Below, piece after piece: positions 47,729 to 57,000 of a stretch of DNA of 64,000 bases. The notes beneath the pieces are model-generated. The model searched no databases, was not told the origin of the DNA, and was given only the letters and a program-made list of their open reading frames with translations. This DNA is from Alkalispirochaeta sp. (GTDB taxonomy: Bacteria > Spirochaetota > Spirochaetia > DSM-27196 > Alkalispirochaetaceae). The stretch covers positions 2,656,001-2,720,000 of the forward strand of contig OZ271854.1 of the NCBI GenBank assembly GCA_965601925.1. The letters run 5' to 3'. The position numbers and the translations under genes were made by a program. How positions within the stretch are numbered: the first letter of the stretch is position 1; each line of letters begins with the position of its first letter.

Positions 47729-48975
47729 ATGCGAACACGAGTCTGGAATCGCGACTTCGTTCTCCTCTGGCAGGGGCAGCTCGTCTCCTCCATCGGGGAC
47801 GTCGCCTTCCAAATCGGTCTCGGCTTTTGGATACTGCGCGAGACCGGCTCGTCGACCGTCATGGGAACGGTCCTCGCCCTATCGACGGCGGCGCGGGTTC
47901 TGTTCGGCCCGGCCGGCGGCGTCTTTGCCGATCGGTGGAATCGAAAGCGCATCATCGTCTTTGCCGATCTCCTGTGCGGTCTTGTCGTCATCGTCGGCGC
48001 CGTCCTCGCCTACTTGGCCGTTCTCGATGTGTGGATGGTGATGGTGGGATCGGCCCTTATCGGACTCTCGGCGGCTTTTTTGAGCCGGCCGTCGCGGCGA
48101 GCATTCCCGATTTGGTACCGAACGCCGCCCTCACGAAGGGAAATAGCGCCTTCGCCCTCATCCAAACCGTCTCGGGCATTCTGGGTAACACCGTCGGAGG
48201 CGTGCTCTACGGTCTCCTCGGCGCCCCACTCCTCTTTTTAATAAATGGAATCACCTACTGCGTGTCGAGCCTGTCGGAGTCGTTCATAACGATTCCGTCG
48301 CGGCGCAGGGAGGGCTCCTCGACAAACGAGGGGCGGATACGCGTCGGTTTTCGGGAGGAACTTCGGCGCGGCATGACCTTCGTGTGGAAACAACCGGTTT
48401 TACGTCTTCTCTTCATTAACGTCGGTATGCTCAATCTTCTTCTCACGATCGGGAGCGTGCTGCTCGTACCCTATTTCGAGCGATCGGATGTTTTTGCGGC
48501 TACCGACTATGGACTTACGATGGCGGTGTTGACCGGCGGTTCCCTGGTGGCCCTGGTATTCCTGCAAGCTGCGAGACTGCAGCACCGGTCGCGCTTTGCC
48601 GTATTTGCGATACTGGCGATCGCCTTCGGTATCGCGCGCTCATTTCTCGTAAGTGTTCCGTCGCTTCCCGTCATTCTCACCTTCGCTGCGATCGCCGGTT
48701 TTGCCGTTGCGGTCATCAACTCCTTCATCATAAGCACGATTCAGGAGATCGCCCCCGCCGAACTTCGCGGAAACGTCATGGGCCTGCTCGGGACCTTTTC
48801 GAGCGGTCTTATGCCGTTGGGACTCGCCGCCGGTGGTCTCCTCGGCGCCCTCTTTCCGATCACGACGGTCATTCCGATCACGGGGCTCCTGGCAACGATC
48901 GGTTTCGTTCCCCTCATTGTCAGTCGCCCCGTGGCCGAAGCCTTGAGCGGCGCGCCTGCGGAGACTCTCGACTAA
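47729..48975 (+). pseudogene. MFS transporter (DHA3/macrolide-efflux-like) split by a 1-nt frameshift in a T run
   Basis: The N-half 'NRDFVLLW.GQ.VS.IGD...GVFADRWNRK' is in one frame and the C-half 'FFEPA..ASIPDLV' in another. They join at T6 (48076-48081); one extra T restores AAFFEPA. Confidence 0.8.
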
Positions 48976-49348
48976 CGGGAGCGAGGCCTGTGAGTCGAGG
49001 AAGGGCGCACCCAAGCACGATTCGTAAGACCGAGGCGGCGTGCAAGCTGTCGGCGAGCACCGGAACATCGACATCCATCCAGGCCGAATCCGACCATCCC
49101 GCACGATACGCTACCACCTCCCGTGACGGTCGACGGTGCTTGTCCTCCGTGTGACTTCATCACGCTCGTCAGTCCGCCGTTGACCGTCAATCGTCGCCGT
49201 TTTCGCGTATCCCGCTACTATGATTATCGTATTGAAGATCGTGTTGTGAAATGAGAAACACTATTTATAGAGTAATACTGAAAATAAAATTTGATAAATT
49301 AATTAATAGCGAGTTAACGGTGCGTTCATGGTTGGTGGAGAGAAAGTG

Positions 49349-49377
49349 ATTTCATTTTTGTTTGTAAGAAATGAAAT
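49349..49377. promoter_or_regulatory. Palindromic operator ATTTCAT-N15-ATGAAAT overlapping the -35 of the sugar island promoter
   Basis: ATTTCATTT-11 nt-AAATGAAAT; the promoter TTGTAA(49362)-17-TATCGT(49385) has a TG extension. The same motif and spacing occur at 55850-55878. Confidence 0.6.
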
Positions 49378-49396
49378 TCAGTGCTATCGTTCTACC

Positions 49397-50017
49397 ATGG
49401 ATGCAACGGAAACGCGGCGTATGGAGCGCGCAAGTGCGGTGTGGGCGAGCGAGGCGCAGTCAATCGCGAAACTCGGACGAACGATCGATGGACGGGCTCT
49501 GTCGGCCGCCGCCACTCTCATCGGTTCCGCGCGACGGACCGTGCTGACCGGTGCCGGAACGTCGGGACAGGCGGCGAAGAAGATCGCTCATACGCTCTCC
49601 TGCATCGAGGTACCCTCGCTCTACGTGAATCCGGCGGACGCGATGCACGGCGGAATGGGAGTCGTCCAGGAGGGCGACGTAGCCGTGCTGATTTCCAAGG
49701 GCGGCGATACGCGTGAGATCGTGGACCTGATTCCGGCCCTGCGGCACAAGCGTATACCGATCGTCGGGGTAACCGAGCGCGCCGATTCCGGGGTTGGGCG
49801 CGCAGCCCGAGTTCTCTTGTGCGTCTCGGTTGAGCGCGAGCCGGATCGACTGAATATGCTCGCAACGGCGAGCACCATGGCCGTCATCGCGGTATTCGAT
49901 GCACTTGCGGTCGTGCTCATGGAGGAGCGCGGCTTTTCGCCCGAACAGTTTCTCGCGATACACCCCGGTGGAGCCGTGGGCGATCGTCTCAGAGAGAGAA
50001 AGGAATCGACGATATGA
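49397..50017 (+). CDS. KpsF/GutQ-like SIS-domain sugar-phosphate isomerase (no CBS domains)
   Basis: 'LTGAGTSG..A.KIAHTL', 'PADA.HG.MG', 'ISKGG.T.E', 'LATAST', 'F...HPGGA.G'. Confidence 0.85.
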   Translation: MDATETRRMERASAVWASEAQSIAKLGRTIDGRALSAAATLIGSARRTVLTGAGTSGQAAKKIAHTLSCIEVPSLYVNPADAMHGGMGVVQEGDVAVLISKGGDTREIVDLIPALRHKRIPIVGVTERADSGVGRAARVLLCVSVEREPDRLNMLATASTMAVIAVFDALAVVLMEERGFSPEQFLAIHPGGAVGDRLRERKESTI

Positions 50018-51306
50018 ATGATTGGCAGACCCGCCTGGAGGAGCGCGCAGCATCGGGACGTACCATCGGTGTCGGGTTGATCGGAATCGGACAGATGGGT
50101 GCGGAAATCGTCGCCACCATCGGCGCGATGCGCGGTATCGATGTCGTCGTGGCCGTCGATCTCTCGCCGGACCGCGCACGAGCCGGATTCAACGCCCTGG
50201 GGCATCCGGTCGATGTCGTCGAGACCGATGATCTCGACGAGGCGGAGCGCGCCGTTCAAAGGGGGCGGTTCGTCGCGACGACCGATTATCGCATCGCCAC
50301 GCGGCTCTCACGCGTCGAGGCGGTAATCGACGCGACGGGAATCATCGATATGGCCGCGCGAGTATCATTGGATGCAATCGACCACGGTAAGCATATCGTT
50401 ATGATGAGCGTTGAATGCGACGTGACGATCGGGCCCATCTTGAGACGTATGGCCGAGAATGCCGGTGTGATCTACTCCCTCGCGGCGGGGGACGAGCCGG
50501 CGGCGATTATCGAGCTCTATCGCTTTGCCGTGACGGTCGGCTTTACCGTCGTTTCGGCGGGTAAGGGAAAGAACAACCCGCTTAATATCTATGCCAATCC
50601 GGAAACCGAACGCGCCAAGGCTGAACAGCGCAATATGAATCCGCGCATGCTCGCCGAGTTCGTGGACGGCTCAAAGACCGCTATCGAGATGACGGCGGTC
50701 TCCAACGCCACCGGCCTGGTTCCCGACGTCCGGGGCATGCACGGCGCCACCTCGAACGTTGCCGGTCTCAACTCGACGTTCGTCCCCAAATCGGACGGCG
50801 GTGTGCTCGATCGTACCGGGGTAGTGGACTTTGCCATCGGCGTTCATCCCGGGGTCTTCGTCGTCGTCACGACCGACAATCGGCTTCTGCGCGAGGGGCT
50901 CGTGCAGCGCGATATGGGGCCGGGACCATACTACACGCTCTACCGACCGTACCATCTCACCAGCATCGAGGTCCCCATTACCGTGTGTCAGGCGGTGCTG
51001 TTCGGTCAGTCGAGCGGCCACCCCAAACGGGAGCTCGTCTCGGAGTGTATCGCAGTGACCAAGCGCGACATCGTCGCCGGCGAGATTCTCGACGGTATCG
51101 GCGAGTACTGTTATCGCGGCAGTATCGAGCGTGCCCCGGTCGCACACTCCGAACGGCTCGTACCGTTGGGTATGGCGCGTGGAATGCGTGCGATCGTCGA
51201 TGTTCCGGTCGATACGGCGATCACCTACGATATGGTCGAGGTGGTCGACGAGACGGTTTTGTTACAGCTGCGGCGCCTGCAGGATTTGACCGCTGCAGCG
51301 GTGTGA
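50014..51306 (+). CDS. NAD(P)-dependent oxidoreductase with C-terminal SAF domain (homoserine-dehydrogenase-like, COG4091 type)
   Basis: 'GLIG.GQMG', 'E.DVTIGP.L', 'AGDEP', 'AGKGKNN', 'F.DG.KT..EM..VSNATG', 'YRPYHL.S.E', SAF 'KRDI.AGE.LDGIG'. Confidence 0.85.
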   Translation: MNDWQTRLEERAASGRTIGVGLIGIGQMGAEIVATIGAMRGIDVVVAVDLSPDRARAGFNALGHPVDVVETDDLDEAERAVQRGRFVATTDYRIATRLSRVEAVIDATGIIDMAARVSLDAIDHGKHIVMMSVECDVTIGPILRRMAENAGVIYSLAAGDEPAAIIELYRFAVTVGFTVVSAGKGKNNPLNIYANPETERAKAEQRNMNPRMLAEFVDGSKTAIEMTAVSNATGLVPDVRGMHGATSNVAGLNSTFVPKSDGGVLDRTGVVDFAIGVHPGVFVVVTTDNRLLREGLVQRDMGPGPYYTLYRPYHLTSIEVPITVCQAVLFGQSSGHPKRELVSECIAVTKRDIVAGEILDGIGEYCYRGSIERAPVAHSERLVPLGMARGMRAIVDVPVDTAITYDMVEVVDETVLLQLRRLQDLTAAAV

Positions 51307-51371
51307 GCTGCGGCGACGACACCGTGCTTGCGTGATGATCTTTTTCGGGGGAGACTGGTCGCGGAGACGTT

Positions 51372-52229
51372 ATGGGAATTCCTCGTTCGTGCCAGCTACG
51401 CATACTGTCGATATATCACGACCTCAAAAGCGCCGAGCGCCGCGCCGTCGATTTATTGCTCGACAAGCCGGCCGAGGTTCCGTCGCTCACTATCGGCGAG
51501 TATGCGCGTCGCGCCGGATGTAGCGAGGCGACCGTCGTTAGACTGTCGAAGCGGTTGGGATACGCCGGGTTTCCGGAGCTCAAGCTCGCTTTCGACGGCG
51601 AGCCCGGCGAGGGGACGGTGGGAGACTTTCAAAGTGTCAACCCTACCGACGATCCGATCACCGTCGCGGCTAAGGTGACCGACTCGGCGATTGCGGGTCT
51701 CACGGATACGCTCTCGGTACTCGATCGAGAGGCGTACTTGGCCGCGGTCGACGCCATTGTGGAGGCCCGGAAGCTCGTCTTCTGCGGCCTCGGAGACGGT
51801 TATCCCGTCGCGGTCGAGGCGTGCCAACGGTTCGATCGCGTCGGTCAGCCGTGTTGGGCGCCGGTCGACGCCGATCAGCAGTTGGTGCTGGCGACCAATC
51901 TCGGGCGAAGAAGCGCCCTCATCGCCATCTCCCATTCGGGACGCAGCACCACTATTCTGGACGCGATGGAGGCGGCGAAGGGGGGCGGCGCCACGGTGAT
52001 CGCCATTACCAACTTTCCCGGCTCTCCGGTCGCCAGGCGCGCCGATATCGTGTTGCAGACCGCCGTTTTCACCACCGACTGGAGCGGAGAGACCGTCTCG
52101 AAGCGTATCGCACAGTTGGGCATCGTCGAATCGTTGTTCGCCAACTTCATGATTCGCCGTGGACCCGAGACGGTACACACGTTGCGACACATCAATAAGG
52201 TGGTGAGAGTCCACAAACGAAACGGGTAA
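51372..52229 (+). CDS. RpiR/MurR family transcriptional regulator
   Basis: HTH 'TI.E.A..AG.SEATVVR..KRLGY.GF.ELK' plus SIS 'AISHSG', 'IAITN..SP'. Confidence 0.92.
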   Translation: MGIPRSCQLRILSIYHDLKSAERRAVDLLLDKPAEVPSLTIGEYARRAGCSEATVVRLSKRLGYAGFPELKLAFDGEPGEGTVGDFQSVNPTDDPITVAAKVTDSAIAGLTDTLSVLDREAYLAAVDAIVEARKLVFCGLGDGYPVAVEACQRFDRVGQPCWAPVDADQQLVLATNLGRRSALIAISHSGRSTTILDAMEAAKGGGATVIAITNFPGSPVARRADIVLQTAVFTTDWSGETVSKRIAQLGIVESLFANFMIRRGPETVHTLRHINKVVRVHKRNG

Positions 52230-52240
52230 CGGAGGGAGCG

Positions 52241-53866
52241 ATGTCCGACCGGTGCACGGTTGCGATCGTTGATGACGAAGAGATCATTCGCGACGGTCTC
52301 AAGCGGGTCGTCGAATGGGATCGATACGGCTTTTCGGTCGTCGCAACATTTGCCTCGGCCGCCGAGGTCGTCGCGTATCCGACCGAAGCGTCCCTCGATC
52401 TGTTGATCGTCGATGTGCGCATGCCTCTTACCGACGGGCTGGAGCTTATCCGTGAGTTGAAGCGTTTGCGACCCGCGCTTTGTACCATCATTCTCAGCGG
52501 TCACGACAGCTTTGAGTACGCTCGTGAGGCGATCGATCTGGGAGTCCTCGGATACCTCCTGAAGCCGGTACGTATCGAACAACTCGAGGTTGCGTTGGCC
52601 AGAGCACGGGAGGCGATCGTCGTCGGTCGTCGGCATTCGCGGGCAAGAGATCGCGTCCGCTCGGTCCCCGATGCGTTAGGATACGTCTTGGAACGGGGCG
52701 AGGCGGTGCGTTGGGACGACCGCCGACTGCGGGAACTGGCCCCGTGGCTCTCTCGTCCACCCGTGGCGCTCGTGTTGGTCGATCTCCTTCCCTCCGTTGT
52801 CGCCGGGGACCACTCTTTTCCGATGAGCACCCACGAAGCTTCCCGCGCCGTAATTCGGCGTATCGTCTCGGGGCGGGACGGGCTGTACGTCGCAGTTCCG
52901 CTGTACGGTCTGGGCGGCGTGCTTCTCTTGTTGCGGTCCGACGCCGCGGTAACGCGTGTGGAGACGGCGGTGAGCCGCGCGTGCGACGAGGTCGATGGAA
53001 CGACGTGTCGACCGGCGTGGGCGGGTGCCTACACGACACACCTCGGCGAGTATCTCGATCGATCGACCGTCGAGCTCCTCACGCACATTTTGGAGTCGCG
53101 CTGGTGGGAGGGCGTCGAGGCGATATACGACGAGTCGACTCGCCGGCGCTATCCCGAGTCGCACCCACGGGGCGCGCAGATCGTGGCGCTCAACGCACCG
53201 GAGTACGCCCGGCGCCTGGCGCGCGCAATCGACGAGGGTGACGCGACATCCGCCGCGGAGGCGGTTCGACGCGTCGTGGCAGACATGGAGCGCGAAGGCG
53301 TCGTCGATCCCGGAGCGCTCTCCGGTCTGGTCGTCGCGCTTTCGGGGCTCATCGGTCACGCTTTAGCCGAGCGAGGCATCGACCAGCGGTCGCTCGATTT
53401 GGGCGACGCTTTGGATGTGGGGCGCCGGATCGCCGGATACAGCTTTCGAACGCTTCGCGACCATTTGAGCCGTGTCGTCGAGGCGGCGGCGGCGCAGCGC
53501 GCCGGAACGACGAGGCGCCCGCATAACCATACGATCAATACGGCTCTGGACGAGATTGCGCGCCGATACGCGGAAAACATCGGTCTGGGAGAGGTTGCCG
53601 ACGCGGTCGGCGTAACGCCGTCCCACTTAAGCCGGCTCTTCCGCAACGTAATGAATCAGTCGTTTAAAGAGTATCTGACCCTCGTGCGAATCGACGAGGC
53701 GAAGCGACTCCTTATCTCCTCCACCGATCGTATCTACCAAATCGCCGGTGCGGTGGGATTTCGTGAGCAGCGCTACTTCAGCGAGGTGTTTCGCCGGTAT
53801 ACCGGTAAGACCCCGGGACAGTACCGTAACGAGGGAGTCGGCGCGCGTCTCGGATCGGTCCGGTGA
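52241..53866 (+). CDS. YesN-type response regulator (receiver + AraC HTH)
   Basis: 'IVDDE', 'DVRMP..DGLELI', 'LSGHD.FEYA..AI', 'YLLKP'; C-terminal 'HLSRLF', 'IA..VGF....YFS.VF....G.TP..YR'. Confidence 0.92.
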   Translation: MSDRCTVAIVDDEEIIRDGLKRVVEWDRYGFSVVATFASAAEVVAYPTEASLDLLIVDVRMPLTDGLELIRELKRLRPALCTIILSGHDSFEYAREAIDLGVLGYLLKPVRIEQLEVALARAREAIVVGRRHSRARDRVRSVPDALGYVLERGEAVRWDDRRLRELAPWLSRPPVALVLVDLLPSVVAGDHSFPMSTHEASRAVIRRIVSGRDGLYVAVPLYGLGGVLLLLRSDAAVTRVETAVSRACDEVDGTTCRPAWAGAYTTHLGEYLDRSTVELLTHILESRWWEGVEAIYDESTRRRYPESHPRGAQIVALNAPEYARRLARAIDEGDATSAAEAVRRVVADMEREGVVDPGALSGLVVALSGLIGHALAERGIDQRSLDLGDALDVGRRIAGYSFRTLRDHLSRVVEAAAAQRAGTTRRPHNHTINTALDEIARRYAENIGLGEVADAVGVTPSHLSRLFRNVMNQSFKEYLTLVRIDEAKRLLISSTDRIYQIAGAVGFREQRYFSEVFRRYTGKTPGQYRNEGVGARLGSVR

Positions 53867-55686
53867 AGCTCTCCCTCCGCCTCGGACTCGCATACGGATT
53901 TCTCTTTGCCGCCTTCTTGACCGTAACCGGTATTACGTTGTTGGTGACCGTGCGCCGTACCGTGTCGCATACCATCGTCGAGGGGCTGATCGATGTGGCG
54001 ACGATCGCCGCCCACCACGTGAACCGGAGTACGTGGTCGCGGTGGGAGCTGTTGGAACGTAACCGCAGAATCGTTGAACAGTGGGTGGCGAACGCCGGGC
54101 CCGACTACGGTACCGCGTACACTCTCGGCGTCCATTCCGACTACTCCGAGCAACCGCGGGAGGTGGTAATGCCGGCGCTCTTGAGTCTGGAGCCGGACAC
54201 GCCGCTCGAGGTGACCGTCGACCGTCTCTCCCGCGCTACCGAAGGCGAGGTCGCCCTTGTGCAGGCGACTCCCTTCGGCTTGGTGATCGTAGAGTCCACC
54301 GGGGGCGAGGAGAGCGAGCGTGGGCGAGGATATCTTTGGCCCTCTTCGTCGGCGCTCGGACGGCTCATCGACGCCCACGACGAGTGGATCGGGCGCGAGT
54401 ATGTCGACGGCGCATGGTACCTCTGTGCGTATCTCCCCCTACCGAGGTCGGTTGGACCGAAGCTCTATGTGCGTATCGCCGTCGCCCAGGTGGAGATGCA
54501 GCTGTTGACCCGCGACCTGGCCGATATCGAGGTCGGAGAGGGTGGATTCGTCTATATTCTCGACACCTCCGCCAACGTCGTATTCGATCCCGACCCGCGA
54601 CGAGAGGGAGAGAATCTCAGCGTCGAGCCGTATGCGCGCGAGATATCGTTCGGACGCTCCGGGACGATCGCATACACGACCGATCGGCACTACCTGGCGG
54701 CGTACCAATTCGTCGCCTCGATGAACTGGATCGTCGTGGTGGCGACGACCGCCGAGGGTGCCTTACGCGATATCGACACCCTCACTCGGCTGTTCGCGGC
54801 GATGTTCTCAAGCGCGGTACTCTTAGCCATGGGAGTCAGCCTTCTGCTCGGGCGCCAGATCAGCCGTCCCATCACCGAGATCGCGCGCCGCTTTCAGGAG
54901 ATCGCCGACGGCGAAGGGGATAGCGTCGCGGTCGACATGCCGCCGAACGCCAGTCGCGAGGTGTACGCGCTGGCGCGCGATTTTAACCGTTTCGTCCATC
55001 GAAGCATGGAACTGAACGAGTTGGAGCGGCGAGAGATCGCTCTCGAGTTGCGTCAGGAGCAGATGAAGGCGCTCCAAGCGCAGATTAACCCCCACTTTCT
55101 GTACAACACGCTCGAGACGATCAGATTTCTGATCGAGATGGGCGATGGACGCGCCGTCTCCACCGTCCAAACTTTGAGTGATCTCTTTCGGGTGAGTCTC
55201 GCGAAGGGAGAACGCTTTACGACCCTCGCCGACGAGGTGCGCCACGCAGCCCTCTACTTCGAGATCCAGCGGATTCGATACGCCTCCGCATTGCGTCTCG
55301 AGTGTAGTGTCCCCGACGAGTTGGCGGATTCTCACGTCTTGAGTTTCTTTTTGCAGCCGATCGTCGAAAATGCGGTGGTACACGGAATTGTACCGACGAG
55401 TAGACCCGGCACGGTAACGGTCTCGGCGCGGCGCGAGGAGGAAGACCTCTATGTGGAGGTCGCCGACGATGGTGTCGGTATGCCGTCGGACCATTTGCAA
55501 CGCCTTCGACAAGGGTTGGAACGGCGCGAAGAGGGACGGGAAGGGATCGGTCTCGGAAATGTCCATGAGCGGCTGCGGTTGAGCTTCGGGCCGCGCTACG
55601 GGCTCTCAATCGAGGCCCGCCCTTCGGAGGGTACCACCGTTCGGCTGGTCATGCCTGCGGACCCTCACCGGCGTTCTTTTTTCTAA
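53863..55686 (+). CDS. YesM-type sensor histidine kinase with Cache domains
   Basis: Two TM helices, Cache, HAMP, 'LQAQINPHFLYNTL', 'LQPIVENAV.HG', 'DDGVG', 'GIGL.NV..RL'. Confidence 0.92.
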   Translation: MKLSLRLGLAYGFLFAAFLTVTGITLLVTVRRTVSHTIVEGLIDVATIAAHHVNRSTWSRWELLERNRRIVEQWVANAGPDYGTAYTLGVHSDYSEQPREVVMPALLSLEPDTPLEVTVDRLSRATEGEVALVQATPFGLVIVESTGGEESERGRGYLWPSSSALGRLIDAHDEWIGREYVDGAWYLCAYLPLPRSVGPKLYVRIAVAQVEMQLLTRDLADIEVGEGGFVYILDTSANVVFDPDPRREGENLSVEPYAREISFGRSGTIAYTTDRHYLAAYQFVASMNWIVVVATTAEGALRDIDTLTRLFAAMFSSAVLLAMGVSLLLGRQISRPITEIARRFQEIADGEGDSVAVDMPPNASREVYALARDFNRFVHRSMELNELERREIALELRQEQMKALQAQINPHFLYNTLETIRFLIEMGDGRAVSTVQTLSDLFRVSLAKGERFTTLADEVRHAALYFEIQRIRYASALRLECSVPDELADSHVLSFFLQPIVENAVVHGIVPTSRPGTVTVSARREEEDLYVEVADDGVGMPSDHLQRLRQGLERREEGREGIGLGNVHERLRLSFGPRYGLSIEARPSEGTTVRLVMPADPHRRSFF

Positions 55687-55849
55687 TTGCTTCTTCAATG
55701 ATGAAAGTGTTCCGTGTCCGCACTATCTCAATATGCGATATGTCGCGCGCCGTGATCGGGAGATAGCGACAAAAGGGGCGAAGATACGCGCCGTTTCGGC
55801 AGTCTCATGTTATGGAATCTGATGAATTGTCAAAAAAACCGCAGTTGAA

Positions 55850-55878
55850 ATTTCATAATTTTCATCTCAATATGAAAT
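55850..55878. promoter_or_regulatory. Second copy of the ATTTCAT-N15-ATGAAAT operator, upstream of the sugar ABC operon
   Basis: ATTTCATA-13 nt-TATGAAAT immediately before the AAAGGAG RBS and ATG 55895. Confidence 0.6.
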
Positions 55879-55894
55879 CAGAAAGGAGAATCGT

Positions 55895-56902
55895 ATGCGA
55901 AGACTGATGCTAATCGTAGTAGTGCTCTTCATTGGAATCGGTGCGCTATCGTTTGCCGGGGGCGCTCAAGAAGGCGACGGAGAGGTGACGATCGCCTTTC
56001 TTTTCCAGGATCTCGAGACGGAGTTTTGGGTCGCCGGTCACAAGGCTATCACCGACACGTTGCGGGAGGCGGGCATCACCGTGATTGAGCGCAACGCGAG
56101 CGAAGACGCCAACCGTCAGCTCGAACAGACGCGCGACGTGATCGCCCAGGACGTCGACGGCATTATCATCATCCCTCAAGACGGTGAGAGCGCCCTGACG
56201 ATTATCGGTGAAGCGAACGACGCGGAGATTCCCATCGGAGTCTTCAATCGGCCGCCTTCAACCGACGACGGCGAGGCGATCGTGGTCGTGGCGAACAACG
56301 AGATTATCGCCGAGGCGGCGGTCGAGCACATGGCCCAAAAGGCGAGAGAACTCGGTCGGCGCGTTACACCTGCGATCATGGTCGGTGATCTCGGCGATCC
56401 CAACGCCGTCGGACGGCGCCAGGGTTTCATGAACGTCATCGACCGTTATCCCGAGCTGTGGACCGGTCCTCCCATCGAGATTCCGACGCGCTGGGATTCC
56501 AATACCGCCCTCGCAAATCTGCAGAGTGCGATGCAGGCGAACCCGGATATCGATTTTCTCTTCACCTCGAGCGATTTCCTCTTCCCGGTGATTCGGTCCG
56601 TGCTGGCGCCGCTCGGTAAATGGCAGACGATCGGACACCCCGATCACGTGATCCTCGGTGGTCTCGACGGAGACATGACCGCGTGCGAGTTGATCGACCA
56701 GGGATTTCTGGACTCGACGGGCGTACAAAACCTCTTTGCCGAGGCGGAGATGATCCTCGACGCGATGCTGGCGGCGATCGATGCCGGCCAGACGCGCCCC
56801 GACGAGTGGCTGCTCGACGAGGGATTCGCTCTTACCGGGGACAACTTCCAGGACCGATCCATGGAGATGTGGGGCTGCGTGTTGCTCGCCGAGCAACAGT
56901 AG
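55895..56902 (+). CDS. Sugar ABC transporter substrate-binding protein (RbsB-like)
   Basis: Signal 'FAGGAQE'; 'FW', 'Q......IAQ.VDGIII.P.D', 'R..GF', 'GLDG'; strong RBS. Confidence 0.88.
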   Translation: MRRLMLIVVVLFIGIGALSFAGGAQEGDGEVTIAFLFQDLETEFWVAGHKAITDTLREAGITVIERNASEDANRQLEQTRDVIAQDVDGIIIIPQDGESALTIIGEANDAEIPIGVFNRPPSTDDGEAIVVVANNEIIAEAAVEHMAQKARELGRRVTPAIMVGDLGDPNAVGRRQGFMNVIDRYPELWTGPPIEIPTRWDSNTALANLQSAMQANPDIDFLFTSSDFLFPVIRSVLAPLGKWQTIGHPDHVILGGLDGDMTACELIDQGFLDSTGVQNLFAEAEMILDAMLAAIDAGQTRPDEWLLDEGFALTGDNFQDRSMEMWGCVLLAEQQ

Positions 56903-57000
56903 CAACGAGCCGCTTTCACGTACTACAGCGCGTGCGCGGCGCGGCTCTCGACGACACGCGTGTCGGAGAGCGCGCCCGCCGCGGTAAGGCGAGAGATTCA

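Noticed and set aside
49215..49380. AT-rich stretch as a replication origin or foreign DNA
   Set aside because: I saw no DnaA-box cluster or mobility genes; it is explained as the promoter/operator region of the sugar island.
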